Of a DNA stretch of 64,000 nt, positions 25,846 to 49,050 are shown one piece after another. The stretch lies in assembly GCA_030141605.1 (NCBI GenBank), contig JAQGDQ010002380.1, positions 62,001 through 126,000 of the forward strand, read 5' to 3'. The DNA is from Tubiluchus corallicola (lineage: Eukaryota; Animalia; Priapulida). Below the pieces are notes generated by a model. The model made no database searches, was not told where the DNA came from, and worked only from the letters and a program-made list of their open reading frames with translations. Each line of letters starts with the position of its first letter. The first letter of the stretch is position 1. The position numbers and the translations under genes are program-made.

Positions 25846-26550
25846 TTTTGCTAGAGTGATTATTAACAATCAAAGTGTGTGCACAACACGACCATATCAT
25901 TTTGACAGTATTGTTTTTGATTTTTGGAAGTTGAAGTGGTGGAAATAAATGTCTGTCTCGACATTACGTTGATTTTTTTTGGCATTTTAATGTGAAAGAC
26001 TATCTATTTGTTACGTTTCTCGAATATCACACAAAGTGAACAAAAATGAAAATAAAACTAGAAAATCAGCCACTGCCCTTCAAAAATTATTTTTGATTTT
26101 CATATAAAAATTCAAAACAGATACTTTGTTCCTACGTTCACCTTAATCTATCTATTATTTCTATATTATCTCTCTTTAACGAAATGCAGAAGTTAAGCAA
26201 TCTCGAACCTGGTTTTGCGTTTGAATGGGTGACTGTCCGGGAATTCTGGTATTGCTAACTTCTTAACTTGGTGCTTAAATTTTTTTTAAATGGTCAGGAA
26301 GGGTGATGACAAATGCTGTAAAATCTTCTGCACCACTCAAAAATGGATTTTTGTTCTGACTGATATTTTTAAATGTGTATTCTTTTTGCTTGTTCATGCT
26401 TGATCATTCCCATGTTTAATTGCGTCATATTTAAAAGATAATATACTTGAGCACGGTATTTGAACCTCCCCGATACTTTATAATTTCATGTGATATTTTT
26501 ATTTATACTTTGCATTACAATACTAAGAAGGTTTGCTCGTTCATGTATAA

Positions 26551-26876
26551 TGTTACAGAGGCACCTGTGTCGGGTGTAGGGCCCTCTACACGCCCTGCTT
26601 TCACGTCAGCAGCGACTCACCCCTTTTTTGTAGGTCCAGACGTCTTGTTTGGGCCTACACGTGGTGGAAGAAGCCAGCAGCCCTGGAATGCCAGTAAAAA
26701 AGCGTGTAGAGGTCACTAGAGCCTTGATTTGTGACACAGCTGCTCCTCGGGCGTAGTGCTGTTACTTAGCTATTTTTTGTGTGTGTATTTTGTTCCCCTA
26801 TAAGTGCTGGTAATAAACTCCGTACAGTGTAATTTTTGTGTTTTATATTGTGAGAGTTAAATGACATGCTATAACA
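26551..26876 (+). mobile_element. Solo-LTR-like element at the end of the 5S array
   Basis: TGTTA...TAACA ends and internal AATAAA at 26812. Begins where spacer homology stops. No clear TSD. Confidence 0.4.
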
Positions 26877-26960
26877 GGTATCTGGTATTAGTTCACAGAT
26901 ATTAGCTTAATTAATTAGCATAACATTTATAATTAAAAGTAACATTTGTAGTTAAGTACT

Positions 26961-27333
26961 CAGGGCCTCTTTCAGCTTAAGAGAGGCCCGGGAAAGTGGG
27001 GCGTGTGAGGCCCCCTCGAGGGGGAGGGCAAAGCGCCCAGAAAAATTTTGAACTGCTAGAACGCCGGAGAAGCATTTTCGAAGAGAAAACATGGAGTTAC
27101 ACAGTTGTTAAAGGAAAGAACAATTGAAAGAAAAACTGCTTTATTCTCAAAACCAGTCCTTAATACTTGTCAATACTGGCAAACGGCGCGCGTGCGGCAA
27201 GAGAGAGAGAGGGGGGAGCGGAGGAAGTATGTTCGCATAAAGCAAAAAAATGTTACCTTGGCATCAGGCCCCCTGGAGGGTGAGGCCCCGGGGAATTGTC
27301 CCCACTTAACCCCCCCCCCTAAAATAGGGCCTG
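26961..27333. mobile_element. Non-autonomous hAT-like MITE
   Basis: CAGGGCC...GGGCCTG imperfect TIRs flanked by a perfect 8-bp TSD TAAGTACT (26953-26960, 27334-27341). Confidence 0.8.
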
Positions 27334-27743
27334 TAAGTACTCAATTACATACCGATACAAAATGGGTCTTCATGAACTATTTTCATCAGCATCTTGCAAG
27401 GTTAATGACTCGAAAGAAATCTAATGTTGCACAGTTATGCTTTTGCTGAATAGTTTGTCAGATTTAATTTGGATCAAGAGTTGTGTACGTATGATACAAA
27501 ATGTTCAGTTAGCAAGTAAATGGTTTCCTTCAAGACTTGACAGAGAACGTTTGTAGAACTTCACCATATTTAAAACCATAAAAAATTAAATTAATATTGT
27601 TAGTGGCAACTCACAAACGATGTTCAAAAATTGGTTAAAAGTAATTTTATTCACATCCATTATATACAGCTTTATTAAAAGTATGTTATTCATAATATTC
27701 ATAATGTTATTCACAAGTAGGCTTATAGCATGCTTAAAACTGT

Positions 27744-27745
27744 TG

Positions 27746-27777
<32 letters not shown>

Positions 27778-27913
27778 TGTGTGTGTGTGCATGCGTGTGC
27801 ATGCGTGAGTGCGTGCGTGTGTGTGTGTGTGCGTGCGTGCATACGTGTGTGTGTGTGTGTGTGTGTGCATGCGTGTGTGTGTGTGTGTGTGTGTGCATGT
27901 GTGTGCATGTGTG

Positions 27914-27953
<40 letters not shown>

Positions 27954-28014
27954 TGCATGCATACGTGTGTGTGTGTGCGTGTGTGCGTACGTGTGCGTAC
28001 GTATGCGTGCGTGT
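27744..28014. repeat. (GT)n/(GCGT)n microsatellite just downstream of the CYP-A stop codon
   Basis: Visible simple repeat. Confidence 0.95.
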
Positions 28015-28024
28015 TTATAGTTTC

Positions 28025-38565
<10,541 letters not shown>

Positions 38566-38904
38566 GACGGTAAAATAATTTTTTATGTTAAAATATTCAT
38601 ACACACATACATACATACATACACACGGAAGGCGTCGACCACGTGACGCAGCTTTGTAAATACTGTACTATCTCGATTATAAGACCCTAGAAACTGCGCT
38701 AGTACCTACTGCGCATTCCTGGGTAAATGGCCTTGAGTGGCGTTTATTGATTTGGAACTTATTTACATTAGTAAACATAATACGGACTCCTGGTTCCACA
38801 GCCAGCACGCTATACGAAATAGACAGCTCTGCTTGCCAACTGGAGTTAGGTTCGCTACTCTGAAACTGCAATATAAAAATTCTGTTTTGTTATCAGCAAT
38901 AACA
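38566..38904. promoter_or_regulatory. Compact bidirectional promoter region between CYP-A and CYP-B
   Basis: The start codons diverge with only 339 bp between them. TATAAAA at 38872, GTGACGCAGC (ARE consensus) at 38643, CACGTG at 38640, and TAGCGTG (XRE consensus, minus strand) at 38806-38812. Confidence 0.65.
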
Positions 38905-41900
38905 ATGTTTCCAACGTTGCTCATCGCGGCAGTTTTGCTCATTTTGTTACTATTTGTATGGCAGTGGAAGAAACGTCCCGAAGGGGCACCGCCGGGCCCT
39001 GTGGGCTGGCCCATCGTTGGTTCGATGTTCTCAATGGGAAAGGACCCAACCGCGTATTTTGAAAAGCTCACAAAACGGTATGGCAACATTTTCGGGCTGT
39101 ACATAGGACCAACTTTCAACGTGGTCATCAACGATTTTGAAACGGGTCGTGAAGCTTTTCTGAAACATGGAGATGTATTTTCTGGAAGGTTCGAAAGTTT
39201 TACAATCGGTGAAATTATGGGAGACGATGAAATGCGTGGTAAGTACTGCGATCATATAGCATTTGTAGTTGTGTTTTTAAAGAACCGCTTTCTTAATGTC
39301 TAATTTATATATTCAAAAAGCCAAGATTTCTTTGATCTTGAACAAGTGATTTAAAATATCAGAGACCTTTGCAAAAAAGCTTGAAAATTTTGGTATGTTA
39401 ACTTATGTAGTTTATAAATCCATCCAAGTTAGCAAACGAGTATGGTGGGGAAGTTACACAAATTCCATCCTCACAGTAGTTGCAAAACAGTTGTGTTAGC
39501 TTAATGAAGTTATCTTAATTTTACATACTATTAACAAATAATAGTCTTTCTATCTTTTATATCATCCTATATATATCAGCTTGATTCATTACAGCATTCC
39601 ATTTTAAGCACTAATGTTTTTTTAATCACGATTCACTTTAAATTTTCAGATTATCTCCATTACTTTTTTTCTATCACTGTGTGGGACAATCTAACAAGCC
39701 CTGCATTTTGATTGTCCTCAACACATTTACCTTCGTATATAAGTGAACGGTGTATGAGGCTTTTCCTGTGCAGTATTTCTTATTTGTATTATGTTCATTG
39801 TAAGCTCTTTCACTAGATATTGTACATGAAACTATTGTAAATGTGTAATGTGAAATAGATGACCTATGACTATTCGAGAATAGTACTGCAAACAATGAAG
39901 CATTGTGTAATACAGGTATGCAACTATTTGCTTCATTGGACGTGGACGCTTCAGGTAATTTTGCTAGCCGTATACCTAAAACTTAATCACTAAATTCTTT
40001 CGAAGAAAGTCAATAATTCAATATTACGACCCAATAATTCAGGGATATTGGTTGGTTGATTGATTTTGCAACATAGATTGTGAACAACATTATTGCTAGA
40101 TCCTGTTATCCTGTTATGCAACTTAAACATCTAATAAGAAACTACAATCCAAAGAGACTAAACAATAAACACTGGACAGTGAAAAGCAAGAAATTACTGT
40201 AACATTGTTTGCAAAGTTATTTCATCATGTAAGTGTGAACAGGCCCTAATGTTGCACTTTTGGATTACAGGGCTTGTGATGTCAGAAGGAAGACGATGGA
40301 AAGAACAGAGAAAATTTGCTCTGAGTAAACTCAAAGAGTTTGGAATGGGAAAGATTAGCTTGGAGAAGAAGATAAAAGAAGAAATATCAGCCTTTCTGAA
40401 CGAGCTAAAGGATAAGGAAGGCAAACCTTTCGATCCTAAACTATATCTTTCAAATACAATTTCAAATGTCATATGTTCCATAGTATTTGGAAACCGTTAC
40501 GAATACGATGACTCGGCATTTATCAAGTTAATGGACTACATTGCTCAAGATGTCCAAAATCCTGACATTACTGGGTTTATTGATGTCTTTCCGTGGCTGA
40601 GGTATCTCCCAGGATTTAGATCAAGGTGGGTCAGACGATCTTACTCATCGTGCAAAACCTGTTGTAGCTAAATTAGGAAACAATCTCATTCATGAAGCGC
40701 TATTGGCCATTTTGAGCATTTTTTGGCATTTTTGTTTAACAATCAGTAATTTATTACACTGAAACTACTGATTTTTTGGTGTAGTAGGCTCACATATTTC
40801 TTCTTATTCGAGTAGTTTGGTTTCATCTAAAGTTGTTCCTTTGTTCGTGAGGTGGCAGAGACTGATTGGTAATTGATTACTAGTCGATTGTCGATTGATC
40901 ACCAAAAAAGCCAATCCCCGAATGGTAACACATTTGCGCAAATATTCGTTGCCAATACAGCTCTTCTGTGTTCTAGCGTCAACCTTAGCATTTACTCTCT
41001 TTGTTACCAGATGTCCAATTTATAGAAATCCGGTAATTGTTACAAATTTAGTTACGGTTAACTTTAGAACATTGTTAATTTTTGACATGTGTTACCAGTT
41101 ATCAATTTCTTTATGCGCGTAGAGTGTCCGTTCTTACATGCTCTTACAATAAGCCAGTGATTATTAATACCATTTAATTCTTGATGTTTAAAAGTCACCC
41201 TGTTCGTTTGTGTGCCTGGCCTTGAATCCTGCCGCGGCCGCACTAGGCTAAAAATAAAACAACAATATATTTTGTGGAAATAGAGAGCTTCTTTTCAACA
41301 AAAATAGATCTCCAGACCATTAAGCCACTGGTTACTCTTTGTAGATCAAAGGCTACTAGGTTATGGACTTTGGTCAGAATATTTACCTACATGATAGTCT
41401 ATTAACGCTAAATTCAACAACATAAATATAAATAGTGTTGATTGGCGTTTAAATGTTTGGGAACATTGATTATTACGTGTATTATCTGTTACGTGTTAAA
41501 GATTGATAAACAGCGATTTTGACTCTGTTCTTTTCTTATGCATATAAGTAAAAACCGAATGCCTTCATTTCAATCAGTGGTGTTGAAAAAGTAAAAATAC
41601 TTCGAGTTATTTGTTCAGTAAAGCTCATTTCACAGCGAGGACGCAAAGAAAAATGACGTACGGAACTGCTGTCAGAAAATCAGAAAATATTTATGAAAAT
41701 TTCCAATTTTTCTCGAAATCCCATTTACATGCAGCAAGGTAGTTCATTTCACAGTGAAATTGCGCGGTTTTTTCCGCACGCGCAGTTAACTCAACTTAAC
41801 TGCAACTACTTCGCAAGTTTTATACTGTATAATCATGTTTAAATTAAGTTTTGCTTACCGAATTTCTCATATGCAAAGTACAATTAGCAAAAGTATTTAT

Positions 41901-44900
41901 TAATCAAAGTATTTTTACACCTGTTTGTTTTTAGTAAAGTTTTACTAATGACTTCAAAATCTAAAAATATACATGTACAGTATAACATAAATATATTCGT
42001 TATTTTTGTTTTTACGAATATAGCCATCGATGTTGCATTAAAAAAACACAAAATCGTCAGTCTGTTAAAGGAGAAATTAAATCTTAGAAATTAAATCTGC
42101 TGAAACGTGTTAATTGTTGTTCGTTAAATAAGAAACAATTAACAAAGTAGTTAAATTAAAGACTGAATTCTACGAGAATTCTTCAAGAAAATGGAACATA
42201 CAGGCAAAATTCCTTACGAGGAGGACGCATAGCTGCTAGCTGGCAGCAGAATTCCCCAAGAGGAATTGCACGAGGAATTTTGCTGCGCGTCCTCACTGTG
42301 AAAGGCGCCATAGAAAACAATGTGTTTCATTTTCGCGAGGAATTCCTCAAAGAATTTCTCCTCTAGGCATTCTGTTGCGCGTCTTCACTGTGAAATGGGC
42401 CTCAGCTTTCCTAGAAATTAACTGCTTAGTCATCATTATTTCAGATACAAGAAGTTCATGGAAAATGAATTTCACATTATGGACTTTATAAAAAGCCATG
42501 TGGACGAACACACGAAAACGTACAATCCAGATGACTTTGTTTCTCTTATTTAATGAAAATCCATTGTATTAATTCCAAATCCATTCCAGTAACCTAATAT
42601 TGTACTCTAACTGTAATGGTGACAAAATTTTTACATTGGCTTTTGATTATAATGTCTCTAAGCTTTTTTGAGCTGTTTTGTACCTCTCTGAGTAAGCAAG
42701 ACAGGACGATTTTTCATATACTACCCCATTTTCAACACTGATAAAAAGTACACATTTTTAGACAATTAATACTACAAACGCATTTCTGATAATTAAATAA
42801 TAGATTACAAACTTAATTAACGGCAGGCGAGCCCAACTATTCATGACATCACAAATTAACATAATTTTCAACAACAAAAATATTCCACGAGTGTGTTGCA
42901 CGTGTTTGCGAAAGCAAAAATTGAAGTACAATGCTACTGTAAAATATTCAGCAAGTTTTAAGATAAAAATTCAAATTTCAAATATACCGCTGTGATCACG
43001 TATGAGCTTTCGAAACGGTGTACGTTTGTCACAGACTAGCACATTTGAACTGAGAGGTACAGCACCCGTTTTTTGTGCAATGCGTTTCCCAAATGCAGGT
43101 GCTAATGCCCGTTTAACTAGCGAAAGGCGAAAGGCCTGTAACAGCGAAGAACTAGTGGTACGAACATGAAATTGTGTTTGTGTGGTAATAATTCTTTCAC
43201 GTAAGTCATTTTTGAAAAAATAGTATGTTTCCTTTCAATATTTGAAAGAGTTGATTGTTTTGACCTACAGTTTAAGATTGGATCCTGTTTTGCTTTAATT
43301 TTGGTTGCAACCATGTTGACAAAGGACGAGAATCGTGCAAACGACACAGTTTAGAGTAGAAATAAGTAAACGTGGAAAAGCAATTTCAAAAAGCACTTGA
43401 AGTCAAATTTTTAATAAGTGTAATCAATTTTAATGACGTTGTAGCAGTAAAATAAGATTTCTGACATGATCAGAAGAGAAATGAGTTAAACCCGAGTTGA
43501 GATGAGATGGCTTCTTCATTTTCAATTCTGACACTAAAGAAATGTGTTTACAAGAAAAAAATCAAACAAAATATCAGAGACTTTTAATTCAAAAGTCGAG
43601 ATGCAAGGTTATTTAATCAATTATTGTTCATATAAATTCACAACTAAACCTTGAAATATCTTAAATATGGGGCGATTTGACGTGACAGAGTTCCAGGTTA
43701 GCTCACTTCCCTTTTCTCTGCCTCTTTTAGCATGTTAAAAGGGTTCTAGCATATTAACAACTTCGAAAAATCACTCGAAACACTTAATTATTGTGACACT
43801 AATAGATAAATTCAGTAAAATACAAATTATTGATTTTTTGCAATAATGGGTGCCAAATCTGTTAAAATAGTAAGTATTTAACTTTTTTTCAGTTAGTGAG
43901 CTTATGTGGGTTGCAGCAGACTGTTTCTTTGCTGGAACCGAAACCACGTCATCAACACTTTATTGGGCGTTTATTTACTTGCTGCATTATCCCGATGTAC
44001 AGAAACGCGTGCAGAAAGAAATTGATGACGTCATTGGAAAATCAAGGCTGCCATCTGTAGCCGACAAACCAAACATGCCTTTCACGGAAGCAACTTTAAC
44101 TGAAATACAAAGAATGGGTAATGAAAGTGTTGGCAAAAATAAGAAATTTTTTGTTGACCATACTGATGATTTACAAACTATATTAACATTCATTGCTACT
44201 ATCATCCTAATTTTCTAATTTTTTCCATGGCACTTTTTTCCATATATATGTAGCTTATATCATAGAACTTACAAAAAGGCTTTTAAAATGTTGTTTCGTA
44301 TTTACATCCAGAGCTAAAGCAACATGATACTAGTCATTTGTGATGGCCTGCAATTTTTGGTCTTTTGAAAGTAGTATTTTCAACACATTTTCAGGAAACA
44401 TTGTACCACTTGGAGTACCACATTCCACTTCAAAAGAGGTGACGTTTCAAGGCTACAGAATACCAGCTCGTACGACTGTAATGTTGAACTTGACTGCCAT
44501 CCATCAGGATCCGGTCATGTTTCCGGAACCTAATCACTTCCGTCCTGAACGCCATTTGAACGACAAAGGAGAGTTTGTAAAGAATGATGCAGTAATTCCA
44601 TTTTCAGTTGGTGAGATTTATTTTACACATAGAGAAAGAAGAAGAAAAAGAAAACCTTCTAATGGAGGGGGTGTGGGATAGATGGTTATAGCATCTATTT
44701 ACAAAACCTCATCAGAAGGGAAGGACAGGCAGATAGACCTTTTTTTCTTTCACCAATACATAACCAATTATCGGTTAAGTTTGAGTAAGGCTAGAAAGGT
44801 GATCAGAGTTTGCACAGGTGTTGAAACTTGGATTCGAACCAAGAACCTCTGGATTGGCTTTCAGGTGTTGTAACCACACAGACACCTGACACAAAGTAGA

Positions 44901-45044
44901 GCAATGTTTTGGTTATAGACATTTTATTACTTGGAAGCAGCATACCTTTTGTTACACATTAACACCTGGTTAGGCAATGTGATGCGTCCACCATTGCATG
45001 CCACTAACCTCCAACACATCTAGCCCATTTTTCTAAAAAAGTGT

Positions 45045-45079
<35 letters not shown>

Positions 45080-46268
45080 TCCTATTATACATATATATAA
45101 TGTAAACATATATATATGTATACATTATATATATGTATGTATACATATATAATGCTCATCTGCGCTCTCGTACAAACTCACAAAGGGAATTTGAATCTTG
45201 TTAAAAGGACATAGGTATAGCCAACAAGGAAGACATTTTCTTATAGGACAGTGTTGAAGACAAATCTCCAACAAATCAAGCCAACATATCAAAAAGTGTT
45301 TTATGTCTATATAATGCTCGCCTTGGCTCTCATTCGAAAACACAAAGGGAGTTTCAATCTTGCCAGAGGGACACGGGTATAGCCCACTAGAAAGGCATTT
45401 TTATAGGACAGGCAATCACAAATTCCTGAAAGGTAGTTAGTCATGTAACTGAACTTGATCACCGTCAGTAAAAATAATACCACAATATAGAATAGTTATT
45501 TAGTCCATTAGCAATTTAACTAAATAATGTCACAATGCTACCAAATCGTACACACTTTTAATTTTGCAGTTATGCACATGCAGCATGAACAGAAGTAAAA
45601 TCAAACAGTGCTCTTCTGAGACGTCCCATTATCGTAATCATAAATAAGACAATGTGCCTTATCTCTACCTTACAGCTAACAAAGGTCCTGTGAAAAACGA
45701 AAACTTCTGTGTCTTAATGGGCCCTTTGTATTCTTTGCGATTTGAATGTGAGTCTTTGAATGTAAGTAAGACTCTGTTTATGTTTCCAAAGATCCTGAAT
45801 ACGTTCTACCACTTTCAGTAGTATGGAAATTATCGGCCTAAAACCGCTTGCAAATAGGCCTAATCAATGAAAGTTCTAATGCAACATGCAGGTTTGTAAA
45901 AACGGCTTTTGCAGCTTCAATAAAAACCATTAACGGTAACTGCAAAATGAAATGAAGAATCATTTTAAAATCAGTTCAAAAGAAGACAAAACGAACTTAC
46001 TAGTATCAGCAGAGTATTAAGAGAAAAACATGTGCAAGTCCTATTATGGCGCACTAGAGTTTTATAAAATAGTTTTGTTTGTTTAGGTCGACGTGTCTGT
46101 CTTGGTGAAGCTTTGGCAAGAATGGAGCTGTTTTTATACTTCACGAGCATACTGCAAAACTTTGACATTCAGCTACCCCCTGGTGCTCCTAAACCGAGCT
46201 TAGAACCACATTTTGGTTTCCTAGTGTCAGCTCCCGAACCTTATAAGATTCAAATGAATGTTCGTTAA
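38905..46268 (+). CDS. Cytochrome P450, clan 2 (CYP2-like), paralog B; exon 3 appears disrupted (possible pseudogene)
   Basis: Exons 38905-39238, 40271-40625, 42445-(stop at 42551), 43893-44117, 44395-44610, 46087-46268. Motifs: [40 protein letters not shown]. Exon 3 reads ..[11 protein letters not shown] with no phase-1 GT donor before the stop. Confidence 0.88.
41622..42401. mobile_element. PIF/Harbinger-like MITE in CYP-B intron 2
   Basis: Imperfect TIRs AGCTCATTTCACAGCGAGGACGC and GCGTCTTCACTGTGAAATGGGCC, internal sub-repeats of the TIR, and TAA/TCA flanks. Confidence 0.6.
42690..43300. repeat. Dispersed repeat copy 1 (homologous to 57120-57695)
   Basis: Shared collinear blocks such as GATTTTTCATATACT, ATGACATCACAAA.TAACATAATTTTCAACA, TTTTTTGTGCAATGCGTTTCC and GGTAATAATTCTTTCACGTAAGTCATTTTTGAAAAAA. 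Confidence 0.85.
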
Positions 46269-47051
46269 TCAACATTAATAAGATAGAATATAGCTGTACG
46301 TGAATAGAGAGAAAAATTACTTTAAAAAGAGTTGTTTTTTTTTGCTAAGTGCTGTCAGAAAAGTTTTAGTGTTAAAGAATTGTAAATTTAAAAAAATATT
46401 TAAGTAACGTTTTTTTGTGATTAGGTTTAAAACAGAAATAGTTTAAGTAAACATTTTCAGCATGAGAAAGCTGGTTGCAAACTAGATTTTACATGTTGGC
46501 AGTACTTGATGGCTTAAACTTGCTTTAACGTGAAATATAGATAATTACTCGATCTATCATCGTGAATTTTGTAATTTCTTTTGTTTACATGTGTCCAGTA
46601 GCCAATATTCAATAACTACTTGTGTGTTTTGCCTGAAAAACAAGCATCATAGAAATTCCGTTGCCTTACATTTGGTGAGGTATCACAGATTCAGCAGAAT
46701 AAGATTTGCGCGTTAACATTTTCATTTCATTTTTTTATTTGAAACCTCTTGGCACCAGTGAATTATAGTAGTTACCACTATATTACTTCAGAAGGCAGAC
46801 GATAAAACACTTATAAAAATAAGGTTAGACGTTAGTAACGTCAAATCATATTTATTTGATTTTTTTCTTGTGCCATACAGATTGAAAATTTGTTTGTTTG
46901 TTGTTTTTTGTCTGTTATTTGTTTTTCGTGCATTGATTCGTTTGTTTGTGTGCTGATTCGCTTACTTGCGTACCTGTTTATTCGTGTTTCTGCTAGTTTT
47001 CTCTCATTTTTTAAAATTATTTTCTTAATGACATTTTTATTTAGACTACAA

Positions 47052-47486
47052 CAGTGGCTGATTTAGGGGGTGTGCTCAAGGGGCCTGGGCCCTCCCTTTC
47101 ACAGTAACAGTTACAACACACCAAATGAATATTTTCTCTGAATTATACGCATTACAACGATTTCCTAAATCCTAAAGATGCCTTATATCTGTAAAACTCA
47201 TGTATCACCAGAAAACAAATGTAAATGATTGTACATTCATGTATGCTGTATAATGTTTATCAATATATTGGCATGTAATCTTAAATCAAAGGTGAAATGA
47301 AACCTGTTCTAAACTAGTGAGCGTCCTTGAAGAAATGGCTTTTAGAAGGCAGAAAAGTGGTCGAAATGCAGTAAAATGTGTTGTTGTCCGGGTGGACCTC
47401 GTTGGGGAGCTTACACCGCTCCCCCAACCCCCGTAAGTGCTTTTCTGTTGGACTCACCGTTGTTCTAAAACCTGTATCCGCCCCTA
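47052..47486. mobile_element. MITE-like element with CAGTGGC.GAT / ATCCGCCCCT ends
   Basis: Imperfect TIRs of a common invertebrate non-autonomous DNA-element type and GC-rich ends. TSD unclear. Confidence 0.5.
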
Positions 47487-48649
47487 TATTACATAAGCGG
47501 CTATAACTAATACGGGAACAGAGAAATAGAAGCATTTGAAAACATAATTATATATCCGTTAGTTATATACATTTGTAGATCCTTTTAAACTATGTCTTGT
47601 TAATTGCTATACTACAAACGCTTGTTTTTTTTCTGTATTTAAAAATAAAATTGTCATAAAACGGAATGTTGCAGTTGGTTACACTTATTTAATGTGAGCA
47701 GTGTGCTGTGTTGCGGGGAAAAGCAATGCATACTACTACTGTTGTTTCCAAAATATTTAAAAGACAAGAAAAAGGGTACCTGATGTAGGTTTCAGAAAAA
47801 TCGCCTTAAAAATTATACTACTTTACAGCAATTATATGTGTACATAGTGCTTGCGTTGAAAGGAATTTTTGTTTGTTTTCATTTTAAATCTTCTGCAATA
47901 CTGTTCTGACGGCGCCATTACATGACGTCACTACGACACGAAAATCAGGGGAAGAAAAGGCATTGCTAAATTATTTCCAAAAAAATATTCCATGCATATC
48001 CATATTACTTACCATTTCGCTTAACTGCTGGAAAGACTTATGTAACTAGAAATAACAATTTAAAATATTCGTGCCAATTGGTAAAATGTCGCTGAGTCAC
48101 CCTTCAGGGTGCGCCACTCAGTAACCAAAATGGTATTTCTAATCTTATTGACAAGATACAGTAATTTAAAATTTTACTTAGTTAGTAACATGTATGCTAG
48201 GATGCTCTGATTATTTTTTCAAAAATTACTCAGTGTTATCTATGCTAGGATGCTCTGATTATTTTTTCAAACTTTGCTCAGTGTTATCTAAACTTGTTTC
48301 AAACGACCTACCATCAAAATGGCTGCCCCTAATGGTCATCGCGGGAGTAAATTTACACACTTTATTCAGCGTTACAGCCGACGCAAACGACGATGCCGAC
48401 TGCATGCAAAAAGACAGTGTGTAAATGGTATAAATTTCAAGACGAATTTTTTAAGCTTTATGTAAGTGGAGGTTTTTCTTGTGCTTTAAAAATTTACTTT
48501 TAAAATAATCTACAACCTCCTTGCATGAACGTAGTTTCTTCTTGCAAATCTCTGTCTCATTTCCATCCTAGTGACCCATCAACTTATACCGGCCAATAAT
48601 TAATATTACACTCGAGGGTTAGCAACCAGGAAGAGATTGTCAGAGTGCA

Positions 48650-49050
48650 CTTAAATGTATCCAAGGTTTTTGATTGATTTCAACATGACGGTTTTTTTTC
48701 AAATTACATGCAGCCCATTATTAGATTGGCTAAAATAAAATAATATTTAGAGAGCTGTCATCAAAGTGTTGTCATTAAGGGATCTGAATGCCTCAGAAAG
48801 GATTCACGTAGAGGCGGGAGTCTCCAAGGATAGATTCTACGCCCACTGTTGTTTTGGTGTTCATTAATGACACATCTGCAAACTTGGAGAATACTCTTCG
48901 TTGTTTACATACTTTTTTCTAACTCTCTCTCTTTTTTGTCCCCTGAAAAATATTAGCCTTGCAGTTGAAATCCTAAACTGTGACATTACTAAAATTCAAA
49001 ACTTGGTATTCAAAGTGGTTAATAACAATGATGGTTCAAAAGTAGTTCAG
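48650..49050 (+). mobile_element. Very decayed non-LTR RT fragment
   Basis: Frameshifted remnant of AGVPQGS.LGPLLFLVFIND near 48814-48872. Confidence 0.5.
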
